A stretch of 64,000 nucleotides of DNA from Candidatus Omnitrophota bacterium (lineage in GTDB: Bacteria > Omnitrophota > Gorgyraeia > Pluralincolimonadales > Pluralincolimonadaceae), in contig PLNR01000004.1 in NCBI GenBank assembly GCA_003141835.1, forward strand, positions 13,943 to 77,942. The letters run 5' to 3'. Below are positions 55,840-64,000 of this stretch, one piece after another. The number at the start of each line of letters is the position of its first letter. Position 1 is the stretch's first letter. The notes beneath the pieces are model-generated. The model was given only the letters and a program-made list of their open reading frames with translations, ran no database searches and was not told the DNA's origin. A program made the translations under genes and the position numbers.

Positions 55840-58707
55840 CTAATTGCTCAAAAATCCCACATTATCTATATAGATAGCGCCGGAATCCACGTCCCACGTG
55901 TATAACATGAACATGACCTGCTTCATAGGCTCTTCCCTGTCAATGGCGCCCTTATGCTGCCATTTCGTCTCCTGCTTCTTGAAGGTCTTAGCCATGAGGT
56001 CGAATGTCACGTTCTTGTTCCAGCCCGGGACCAGCTGCTTCCTTACGCTTTCGCAGAAGCCTTTGCTGTTAAGGACGACCGATACTTCTATGGAATTCGG
56101 CGCGTCGAGATAAACATCGAATATCATCTTCTTGGCCTTTGACAGGTCAAGCTCAAGTTTGGTGTTCTGGAGACATACGCCTTTCCCATCAGTCCTCTTG
56201 CCCGCCTTGTCGAAGACCACCTTGATCGAGGTCTTGCCCTCGGTAAACTTGTCTTTGGCAAGCGAGACCTTGGCTATATCGCCCCAGTCCGCGCAGGCCC
56301 AATCGCCCTGCTTCTCAAAACCTTCCCAGATATCGCGGGCCTCTAGCGGCACGTCTTTATTCAGGAGCTTCGAAGCTATATAAGCCTTTGACGGCTTCGG
56401 GCGCGCATTTGCGTCCAGGGATATCACCTTCAGGGCAAAGTCACCGGTTATCTCGGGTAAGGGTATGTCCAATTTCGAGCCCTTGCTAGCGGCGTCGACC
56501 GTTCCCGTGATCTTCCCGGAATACGTATCCCAGAACTCGACTTTATAGTCCCCCTTGTCCATGCCCGCGACCGTCAAGACCGCGCCTTTGATATCCAGCG
56601 GCCTGAACGCGCCCTGGTTGAATTTCGTCCTTAACAGGTCGTATACCCAGATAAGCGCCCTCTTGTTATTCAATATGCCCTGGGCGTTTAGTATCGTCCC
56701 GTCCTCGAACTCGAGCGTCCCGCGGCTGTATTGGTAATACTGCCCGCGCCTGTCTTCGCCCTTGTTGAATTCGGCGAGGGAGCGCCAGTGGAAATAAAGG
56801 TTCCTCGGCTCGATATAATCGTCCCATTGCCAGGGCATCGCGTCGCCGGATGACACCGTAGTATATGCCGCCCAGATGCCGTTATGGTGGACGGTCGCGT
56901 CAGGGTCCTGTATGTCGATGCCGCTTAAGTTGCTGCCGCCGTACTCGCCGACGAAATACGCCTTCTTATAATCCTTCATTATCGTGTAGAGGCCGTCGAG
57001 GGTGGTGACTATCTCCGGCGTATACATATGTATCTGGCCGTAGGATATCTCCGGCTGCTTCCAGATATCCTTCGGGAAATTCCCGAAATAGCTGGTCGTT
57101 ATCATGTGCGCGTAGGGATCGACCGAATCGACATACTGGCCCATCTCTTTCTGCCACGGGATGTCGAGGTTCGCGTCGTAATTGTCCATAAGCGTCAGCT
57201 CGTTCCACGGCTCCCAGGCGAGTATGTTCGTGGAATATCCCCAGCGCGCGATGATATAGCGCATGCGCATCTTGTAGAGCTTCTTCGCCTCGGGGTTCGT
57301 CAGGAAGTCTTTCGGCTCCTTGCACGGCCCGCCGTTCTTGATGTTATAGGGGTTGTTGAGCCACTCCGGGTCGACCTTGGTGCTGAGCTGCCCGTGCTGG
57401 TTCAGTACGAGCTGGAAATAGATATCGTGTTTCTTTGCCAAGTCTGTAATATCATCAAGCAACTTGGCATTCTTGAGGTTGTAATTGTTAAGGCCGTGGA
57501 ACTCCCCGACATCGAGCCATTCTATCGCGCACTGCCAGCTCGACATCCAGACTCGCGACCAGCAGTACATGTTCTCCTGCATCTTCTGGAAATAATGCTC
57601 GTACGCGTCGACCGACGGCGCCCACGCCACGTTCTGGCCTATCGGATAATAATAATCGCCGTTATCGAACTCAAAATAGAGCGGGTCCTTCTTGCTTATG
57701 CGTACAAATCCTTTTTTCGGCGAAATAGGGGCCGTGCATTCGAAAGCCAGGTTGCCGGACTTGGCCGTCCCCTTCGGGTTGGACACGTTCACGCAGTACG
57801 TCCATTTCCCTGCCTTGGCCGGGGTGAACCTTATCTTCCAGACCGCGCTCGAGATATTGACGCCGTCGACCTTCCCGGAATAAAGGAACCCGGGCATGGT
57901 GACCTTCTTGCCGTCCGGAGAGGTGAATACGCCGTTCAAGTCTATGTTCTCCGGATTATACGGGTACTGGTATGTGCCTTCGAAATCAACGGTCACTTCG
58001 AACTTCTCGAACTGCTCGACGCTCTCCTTGTCGCCTTTTACCGAGAGGATCTTCGGCGCCTTATACTCGGCTAACGGGATCACCTTCTGTTCGCTGGTTA
58101 ACCTCGGCGTCCTCTCAACGCGGATATTGTCGAAATAGACATTCGCCTTCGCCTCGGTGTCTTCGGCATACAAGATGAACATTATGCGCCATGCGATCGT
58201 GCCTGTCCTGGGCGCGTAATTATACTGCCAGTTGCTGGTAGGCGACTTAAAACCTTTCTCATGGATATTGAAGGTCACGTCCTTGTTCAGCCCCTTCTTT
58301 ATCGTCTCGGTCGCGCTTTCGATGAATTCATCGGTATAGAGGACAAGGGCCAGCTCGAACGGAGGGCCGTCGTTATAGATGTCGACCATGAGCTTCTTCG
58401 TCGAATCGAGGTCGATAGCCGACTGCTCCCTCTCGAGGACCACACCCTTGGGCGGGTTCTGTTTCCCCTCAGGCCCGAACTCGACCTTAAAGCATTTCCC
58501 GCCTTCGGTCTTGTTGTCCGGGACGACGGTCATTTTCGCGGCGTCACCCCATTGGGCTATGCTCCAGAGATGCTGGGCTTCAAGGCCGTCCCACAAGATG
58601 GTTTCGGTTCCCTCAACCACTGGCGCGGCTCCGGTCTCGGCGGCGTAAAGGTGGTTTACGATCGCCATAATAGACAGGATAAATATTACAAATAATGACT
58701 TTTTCAT
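55840..58707 (-). CDS. Exported DUF5060 + GH5-like hydrolase with duplicated terminal CBM-like modules
   Basis: WDGLE..W...WGD..TEG / WEGFE..W...WGD..TEG repeats at both ends; RYIIARWGYS, WEPWNE, VGEYG. Confidence 0.8.
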   Translation of the reverse strand: MKKSLFVIFILSIMAIVNHLYAAETGAAPVVEGTETILWDGLEAQHLWSIAQWGDAAKMTVVPDNKTEGGKCFKVEFGPEGKQNPPKGVVLEREQSAIDLDSTKKLMVDIYNDGPPFELALVLYTDEFIESATETIKKGLNKDVTFNIHEKGFKSPTSNWQYNYAPRTGTIAWRIMFILYAEDTEAKANVYFDNIRVERTPRLTSEQKVIPLAEYKAPKILSVKGDKESVEQFEKFEVTVDFEGTYQYPYNPENIDLNGVFTSPDGKKVTMPGFLYSGKVDGVNISSAVWKIRFTPAKAGKWTYCVNVSNPKGTAKSGNLAFECTAPISPKKGFVRISKKDPLYFEFDNGDYYYPIGQNVAWAPSVDAYEHYFQKMQENMYCWSRVWMSSWQCAIEWLDVGEFHGLNNYNLKNAKLLDDITDLAKKHDIYFQLVLNQHGQLSTKVDPEWLNNPYNIKNGGPCKEPKDFLTNPEAKKLYKMRMRYIIARWGYSTNILAWEPWNELTLMDNYDANLDIPWQKEMGQYVDSVDPYAHMITTSYFGNFPKDIWKQPEISYGQIHMYTPEIVTTLDGLYTIMKDYKKAYFVGEYGGSNLSGIDIQDPDATVHHNGIWAAYTTVSSGDAMPWQWDDYIEPRNLYFHWRSLAEFNKGEDRRGQYYQYSRGTLEFEDGTILNAQGILNNKRALIWVYDLLRTKFNQGAFRPLDIKGAVLTVAGMDKGDYKVEFWDTYSGKITGTVDAASKGSKLDIPLPEITGDFALKVISLDANARPKPSKAYIASKLLNKDVPLEARDIWEGFEKQGDWACADWGDIAKVSLAKDKFTEGKTSIKVVFDKAGKRTDGKGVCLQNTKLELDLSKAKKMIFDVYLDAPNSIEVSVVLNSKGFCESVRKQLVPGWNKNVTFDLMAKTFKKQETKWQHKGAIDREEPMKQVMFMLYTWDVDSGAIYIDNVGFLSN

Positions 58708-59600
58708 AGCTTTTTCGCCCTCCAGGCTGCGCCGATTATTCCCGCGTCTTCCCCAAGTTCCGCGGTCACTATCCTTACCCCTTTGTATGCTTCCCGTAAA
58801 GCCCTTTCCTTCGCGGCTTTCTTGACCTTACCGAAAAATACCTTCCCGGCCTTTGCCATCCCGCCGGCCAGGACTATCGTTTCCGGATCGAGCGCGTTTA
58901 TGATATTGGCTATCGCCGCGCCGATATACACGGCCGTTTCATCCACGATCCTGCGCGAGATCCTGTCGCCCTTCTCTGCCGCTTTATATATATCTTCGGC
59001 GGTCATTTTGCCGGCGGCCTTCCTGCGCCTTACCACGGCTGTCGCCGAAGCATACATCTCCAGGCATCCGCGGTTGCCGCAGCGGCATTTCGGGCCGTTA
59101 ATATCTATGGATGTATGGCCAAATTCCGAGGCGAACCCGCCTTTTCCCGTCCATAATTTCCCGTCGAGGACGATGGCGCTCCCTATCCCGGTGCCGAGCG
59201 TCAGCAGGACCATGCTTGAAGAACCGCGGCCTGCGCCGTTCATCGCCTCGCCAAGCCCCGCACAATTGGCATCGTTCTCGACAACTGCGGGGACCCGGAA
59301 CCTTCTTTCAATGATCTTCTTTAACCGCACCCCGCGCCAATCCGGCAGGTTCGGCGGGGAAAGGACTATGCCTTTTTTGCTGTCCAGCGGGCCCGGGCAA
59401 CCGGCCCCGATAGCTTTTACTTTGGCGCCTGATTTTTTAATTATCTGCGCCGCGGCATCGAGCAGGCGCCGGATCACTTTATCCTTGCCCTGCTCTTTCA
59501 GCGTCGGCATGCGGTATCTCGCGATGACTTTACCGCGCCCGTCTATGATGCCGAAGCGGATATTCGTCCCGCCTATATCTATGCCGAGATAATTGCTTAT
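58704..59600 (-). CDS. ROK family sugar kinase (glucokinase-like); start possibly ATA
   Basis: GIDIGGT, ENDAN, TLGTGIG, EFGH, CRCGNRGCLE; homology begins at ATA 59600. Confidence 0.92.
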   Translation of the reverse strand: MSNYLGIDIGGTNIRFGIIDGRGKVIARYRMPTLKEQGKDKVIRRLLDAAAQIIKKSGAKVKAIGAGCPGPLDSKKGIVLSPPNLPDWRGVRLKKIIERRFRVPAVVENDANCAGLGEAMNGAGRGSSSMVLLTLGTGIGSAIVLDGKLWTGKGGFASEFGHTSIDINGPKCRCGNRGCLEMYASATAVVRRRKAAGKMTAEDIYKAAEKGDRISRRIVDETAVYIGAAIANIINALDPETIVLAGGMAKAGKVFFGKVKKAAKERALREAYKGVRIVTAELGEDAGIIGAAWRAKKL

Positions 59601-60526
59601 AGCGGCTTCCTCTTCCCTTTCAGGGCGATATCGACCAGGTCGTCTATCCTGGCAGTCGCGACACACATGACCGTATCCGCGCCGCCGTAATAGATCTTGA
59701 CCGTGCCGTCAGGCTCAGGGATCGCGCCGCAGGTAAAGACTACATTATGGACATAACCGACCCTTTCGAATATTTCGTCAGGGCTGATTATGAACTGGTC
59801 CGCGATTCCGAGCACTTTCGCCGGGTTCTTGAGGTCATGCATCGCAACGCCCAGCCTGTACGTCATCCCGTCCATCGTCCAGGTTACGCCGTGATAGATG
59901 CTGAGCCAGCCCTTCTTCGTCTTGATGGGCGGGGCTCCGGCGCCGATCTTGTGGTCCTCCCAGATATGGTTGCCGTAGGGAAGCATTATCAATTCCTGTT
60001 CGCCCCAGTGTATGAGGTCGGGCGAATAAGATATCCAGATGCCCTGGCGCCCGACGTTCGGCCGCTCGAAACGGCAGTACTTGCCGTTTATCTTTTCAGG
60101 GAAGAGGACCGAGTTGCGGTAGTCGATAGTCGTTGTCATCGCCACCCGTTCGAACTTCTCGAAATTTTTCGTCTTGGCCAGCCCTATCCTCATGCCGATG
60201 CCCGAATAGCAGCTGTAGAAGAAATAATAGGTGTCGCCGATCTTCGTGATCCTCGGGTCCTCGATGCCTTTCTGCTCGTAGAACGCAAACGGCCCGGTCG
60301 TCGCAGGGACCATTACCGGCTTCGGGCGCACGGTGAAGTTATAGCCGTCATCGCTCACCGCCAAACCGAATTCGCAATTGCCGTTCAGGCGCAGGGCCCT
60401 GAACAGGAGGTAATATTTGCCGTTGTACTTCGCCGCGCCGGCGTTGTAGGCCGCGTCGCAGGGATACGGAACATCCTCTTTTGTCAGTATCGGGTTCTTC
60501 TCGTATTTTTTGCATACGAATCTCAT
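59597..60526 (-). CDS. GH130 beta-mannoside phosphorylase
   Basis: NPIL, YNAGA, GIEDPRIT, RNSVLFPEKI, KIGAG.PPI, NVVFTCG, YYGGADT. Confidence 0.9.
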   Translation of the reverse strand: MRFVCKKYEKNPILTKEDVPYPCDAAYNAGAAKYNGKYYLLFRALRLNGNCEFGLAVSDDGYNFTVRPKPVMVPATTGPFAFYEQKGIEDPRITKIGDTYYFFYSCYSGIGMRIGLAKTKNFEKFERVAMTTTIDYRNSVLFPEKINGKYCRFERPNVGRQGIWISYSPDLIHWGEQELIMLPYGNHIWEDHKIGAGAPPIKTKKGWLSIYHGVTWTMDGMTYRLGVAMHDLKNPAKVLGIADQFIISPDEIFERVGYVHNVVFTCGAIPEPDGTVKIYYGGADTVMCVATARIDDLVDIALKGKRKPL

Positions 60527-60539
60527 TTTTGTACCCTCC

Positions 60540-61724
60540 TTATTTCGTTTTAGAATACCACAGCTTGACTACGTCAGATGCAGGTTTATTCTGAATATTG
60601 AATCCGCGGTCCGTGCTACCACCCATCCTCTCGTTCGTGCCCCAATACCACCAGTACATCCCGTAAAACCACGGCTTATCCCAAAAGGCCTCGAGCATGG
60701 CGGTATAGCAGTCGCTCTGGAGCTGAAGGTCGACCTCCCTGCCGAGCTGATGTTCCCACGGCGTCTTGGCCGCGCCGGTCGAACTCTTGTATCCGACCTC
60801 GGTGAGGATCACGGGCTTGTTTATCTTCTTCTGCCACGCCTCGATCTCCGGGATATATTTCTTCCATCCTTCGCGAAGGTCGTCAAGCGTAGGTTTCTCT
60901 TTATCGGAGAGCGGGAAATAGGCGTCCAGGCCGGCATAATCGAGCTTGTCCCAGAACGTGATATTCTGGTATTCCTCGTTCCAGTTGGCCGCGTATGTCA
61001 ACGGGCCGGTAAAGACTTTCCTGGCCTCGCTTATCACATATTTGTCCCAGAGTTCGCCTTTATATGTGGCCGGGGTCGTCAGCTCCACGCCTATGCATAA
61101 TAATTCGACGTTCTCTTTTTCCGCCAAAGCGGCGTAATGGACGATGAAATTCCCGTAGCTCTTGAACCACGCCTCCCAATCCGTGTCGTTATTGAACTGC
61201 ACCTCCCCGCGCCAATATCCGCTCTTGACCAGGTCGAGGTGGGGCTTGAGCATCACCTTGAGGCCTAAATTATGCGCCTGCTCGATGGCATGCGTGAGAC
61301 TCTCGTCGGTGGGCGTATACGCCCCGGCTTTTATCTCGGTGCTGTTATAATCTGTCTGGTACCACGTCGTTACTATGGCTATATACTGGCATCCCATAGC
61401 CGAAAGCTTTGACATGGATAGGTCGGAAAAACCCTTGCCGTATGCGACCCTGTCCCAGGTCACGTATGTCATTCCTTTTTGGAACTGCGGAAAAGAAGGC
61501 CTCTCTATCTTTTTGTGCTCTTCGGGGACAACCGGGGTAACTACCGGCGCCGCCGGAAGAGGCGAAGGAGTCGTTTGCGCCGGGGACGCCATCTCGGCTG
61601 TGGCCTCGAGGTTCGCCTGGCCCTCGGGGCCAGCGCGTTTATTACCCTTCAGGCTGAATAAGTATCCCGCCAAAAAGGCGAGGATTATAAGTACGATGAT
61701 GAAGATCTTATTGCGAAAAGACAT
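60540..61724 (-). CDS. Membrane-anchored GH113-like glycoside hydrolase
   Basis: TM anchor + Pro-rich linker; KVMLKPH, IGVEL, LTYAANW, LDAYFPL, TEVGY. Confidence 0.82.
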   Translation of the reverse strand: MSFRNKIFIIVLIILAFLAGYLFSLKGNKRAGPEGQANLEATAEMASPAQTTPSPLPAAPVVTPVVPEEHKKIERPSFPQFQKGMTYVTWDRVAYGKGFSDLSMSKLSAMGCQYIAIVTTWYQTDYNSTEIKAGAYTPTDESLTHAIEQAHNLGLKVMLKPHLDLVKSGYWRGEVQFNNDTDWEAWFKSYGNFIVHYAALAEKENVELLCIGVELTTPATYKGELWDKYVISEARKVFTGPLTYAANWNEEYQNITFWDKLDYAGLDAYFPLSDKEKPTLDDLREGWKKYIPEIEAWQKKINKPVILTEVGYKSSTGAAKTPWEHQLGREVDLQLQSDCYTAMLEAFWDKPWFYGMYWWYWGTNERMGGSTDRGFNIQNKPASDVVKLWYSKTK

Positions 61725-61761
61725 ATTGTTATCTCCTTAGACTAAGATTCGAGTATCCGTT

Positions 61762-61799
61762 ATCCTGTGGGGTGCTATATTAATAGCACCCCACAGGAT
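61762..61799. repeat. Perfect 17-bp intergenic stem-loop
   Basis: atcctgtggggtgctat-atta-atagcaccccacaggat, no U-tract. Confidence 0.8.
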
Positions 61800-61803
61800 G
61801 TGG

Positions 61804-62385
61804 TCATTCTACCCTGATGTTGTCGATGTATATCTTGCCTTTCCAGGCGGTCCTGTTGTCTTCGACCCTGACGCCGAGTTTCCTGACGTCTTTCCTGAAG
61901 CTGTCATCGACGACCGTATTCTTCCAGTCCTTGCTGCCCGGCTTCAGGTCAGCCGTTATCGTGGTGACCTGGCCCGGGGTAAGCGGGATCGTCTTTCCCA
62001 TCTCGATCCACTTCCAGTCTTCGCCGACGGTAAGGATTATCTTGCCTTTAAGCCCGGCAGGCGCATCCTTCGGGATATAAACATCGGCCGATATCTTGCC
62101 GTAGGGGGTCCAGTCAAAATAATCCTCGATCTCGACATAAGAGCCTGACCATTTCTTGTCAAGGAACTCGCTGGATACGGAGAGGGATTTCTTCCCTTCG
62201 GAAGCCCAATCCGGGGATACAGCGATCTCCCTCGCGACGCTGTCCTCTTTTTCCATCGCCCAATCGGGTATGCGCCAGCCGTCCGTATCCTTCTCGAAAC
62301 CGAAGAGTACGGTCTCCGCCGCGTTGCATACGCCGGAAGATGACAACATCAAAACCGCAAAAAGAACCACTGCCAACCTTTTCAT
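61804..62385 (-). CDS. Exported stand-alone CBM-like (jelly-roll) protein
   Basis: Signal peptide; LFGFE...DGW, SEG..SL, DW..Y..I..DVY, IYIDNI; Trp-rich. Confidence 0.75.
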   Translation of the reverse strand: MKRLAVVLFAVLMLSSSGVCNAAETVLFGFEKDTDGWRIPDWAMEKEDSVAREIAVSPDWASEGKKSLSVSSEFLDKKWSGSYVEIEDYFDWTPYGKISADVYIPKDAPAGLKGKIILTVGEDWKWIEMGKTIPLTPGQVTTITADLKPGSKDWKNTVVDDSFRKDVRKLGVRVEDNRTAWKGKIYIDNIRVE

Positions 62386-62409
62386 TTCAACTTCCTCCTT
62401 TCCCTGCTT

Positions 62410-63957
62410 TTACTTTGCCGTCTTATACCAGCCGGCCAAAACTTTTTCGGCCGACTTGCCCTTGATCGTGTATCCGAGCGGACTCTCAATATCCTGCGGG
62501 AACACGCACCACCAGTAAAGGCCTTTGAACCACACCCGTTTTGTCATGACCGTCATCATCGCGTCCAGACAGTCAGCTTGCTCTTTTTGGCTCTCGACCT
62601 TTGATGGCACCGTCCACGGGGTCTTGCTCGTCCCCTCGGCGCTGGTATATCCGGCTTCCGTAAATATTACCGGTTTACTTATGCCCTTCTTCCTGAAAAA
62701 ATCCTCCATATTCCTTGCTTCCTTCTCCCACGCCGCGACCAGGTCCTCCTTGGAAGGATTCGCCTTTGAGGCGAGCGGGAAATAGGCGTCGATCCCCACG
62801 AAATCCAGTTCGTTCCAGAACGGGACTTCCTTATATTCGTTCCAGTTCGAGGCGTATGTCAAGGGCCCCTTGTAAACATCCCTTACCGCCTTTATTATCT
62901 TCCTCCACTCCGCTTCCCATTTCATCGGGGTGCCTGAAAGTTCTGTCCCGACGGAATACAGTTCCACGTTGTATTTCGCCGCCAATTTCGCATACTTGAG
63001 GATGAACTCATTATAATTCTTGAACCACTCCTCTTCCCCGGGGATGTCCCCGCGGAACTCGTCGGTCTGCACGTCTATGTGGGGCTTGAGAATCACCTTG
63101 AATCCCAGCGAATGCGCCTTGTTTATCGCGTGAGTCAACGCTTCATCGACAGGCGTCCTGCCGCCTTCCGGGCTCTCCGGGTAGATCTTCATGGATTCAA
63201 GCGTATCCTGGTACCAGGTGACGATAAAACAGACATGGGTGACGTTTATAGTCTTCAGGTATTCCAGCATCGCGTCGGATTCTTTCGCCGCGAGGTCGCT
63301 TTCGTTGTAAGAAGTATAATTTATGCCTTTCTGGAACTCGACCGCGGTTATGGGCCCGGGAGAAGGAAGCGGCTCTTCCATCGTAAGTTTTATCACTTCC
63401 TTCGGCTTGCGGTCCGGGAATACCTGTTCTATGGGCTTATCTTCCGGGTTAAGTTCTTTGGGGCCGTAGACCTCCCATTCCCATATCGAGATGCCCCAGC
63501 TCGGGTTCGACCTCTTGAGGCCTACAAGCTTAAGATAGCGCGCCGTGGTCTGGGGAATGCCTATGATATCCGTGCCTCCGCGCCTGTTCTTTAAGATCAT
63601 GACCGACTTCCATTGCTTCGCGTCATCGGAGACGAGGAGCTCGTATTCCGGGGAATAAGCGCGCTCCCAGTAGATCACCGTCTTAGTGAATGTCTTCGGT
63701 TTCCCGAAATCGTAAAATATCCACTCGCCGTCCTTGCCAAGCATCGGGGACCAGCGCGTATTGAAATCCCCGTCGGCTACAGCCATCGGGTTCGGCCCGG
63801 GCGCCCATTCGGAATCGTCGAAAGACGATGCCACAGCTGAGGCGGGTTTCAGGTAGACCGGGTCCTCGCATTTCTCTTCGGCCATGACGCACGGCCCGGC
63901 CGCAAATAAGAGAGCTGCCAGCGACAAAAATACTGCTGTTAAATTTTTATATACCAT
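62410..63957 (-). CDS. Exported F5/8 type C (CBM32) + GH113-like hydrolase
   Basis: A.DGD..TRWS, SDD...W, ARYLKL, SIWE discoidin domain; KVILKPH, VGTEL, LTYASNW, IDAYFPL, TEAGY. Confidence 0.85.
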   Translation of the reverse strand: MVYKNLTAVFLSLAALLFAAGPCVMAEEKCEDPVYLKPASAVASSFDDSEWAPGPNPMAVADGDFNTRWSPMLGKDGEWIFYDFGKPKTFTKTVIYWERAYSPEYELLVSDDAKQWKSVMILKNRRGGTDIIGIPQTTARYLKLVGLKRSNPSWGISIWEWEVYGPKELNPEDKPIEQVFPDRKPKEVIKLTMEEPLPSPGPITAVEFQKGINYTSYNESDLAAKESDAMLEYLKTINVTHVCFIVTWYQDTLESMKIYPESPEGGRTPVDEALTHAINKAHSLGFKVILKPHIDVQTDEFRGDIPGEEEWFKNYNEFILKYAKLAAKYNVELYSVGTELSGTPMKWEAEWRKIIKAVRDVYKGPLTYASNWNEYKEVPFWNELDFVGIDAYFPLASKANPSKEDLVAAWEKEARNMEDFFRKKGISKPVIFTEAGYTSAEGTSKTPWTVPSKVESQKEQADCLDAMMTVMTKRVWFKGLYWWCVFPQDIESPLGYTIKGKSAEKVLAGWYKTAK

Positions 63958-64000
63958 TGATTTCCCCTGGATCAGTTCCTGACCTTCAATTTACCCCACT

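Noticed and set aside
51497-58074. Long plus-strand ORFs (51497-52462, 57028-58074 and similar throughout the window)
   Set aside because: All lie opposite well-supported minus-strand genes; expected from codon bias in GC-rich DNA.

Overview
64 kb bacterial chromosomal segment, nearly all genes on the minus strand. Gene content and order (Zn-finger-extended SpoVG, ispE-spoVG-tRNA-Gln...prs-rplY-pth-rpsF, split transketolase, PEP-CTERM and PilX/GspK-like genes) suggest a PVC-superphylum anaerobe, most plausibly Candidatus Omnitrophota (inference only). Five blocks: (1) 1-17.9 kb housekeeping (rpsF, pth, rplY, prs, glmU, clpX, tRNA-Gln, spoVG, ispE, transketolase halves, TPR protein, a 29-aa basic ribosomal-type ORF missed by the ORF track, hisG, ECF sigma module, SurA/PpiD-like chaperone, deaminase, AlkD, pfkA, dusB); (2) 18-25.8 kb six-gene Ehr (hydrogenase-4-like, NiFe-less) complex followed by two flavoproteins; (3) 25.85-28.15 kb AT-rich integron cassette array (three 75-bp attC sites, one truncated attC, an attI-like site, four cassettes, no integrase in the window), including a frameshifted HEPN/DUF4145 gene; (4) gltBD; (5) 34.3-64 kb, a ~30 kb glycan locus (GH161-like and GH130 phosphorylases, ROK kinase, GH2, two DUF5060/GH5-like, two GH113-like, ABC importer, LacI, four glucodextranase-DOMON-like domains, CBM-like proteins, a PEP-CTERM protein and a PilX/GspK-LamG protein) that probably continues past the right edge. 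All family calls are from motif recognition by eye; no database searches were run.
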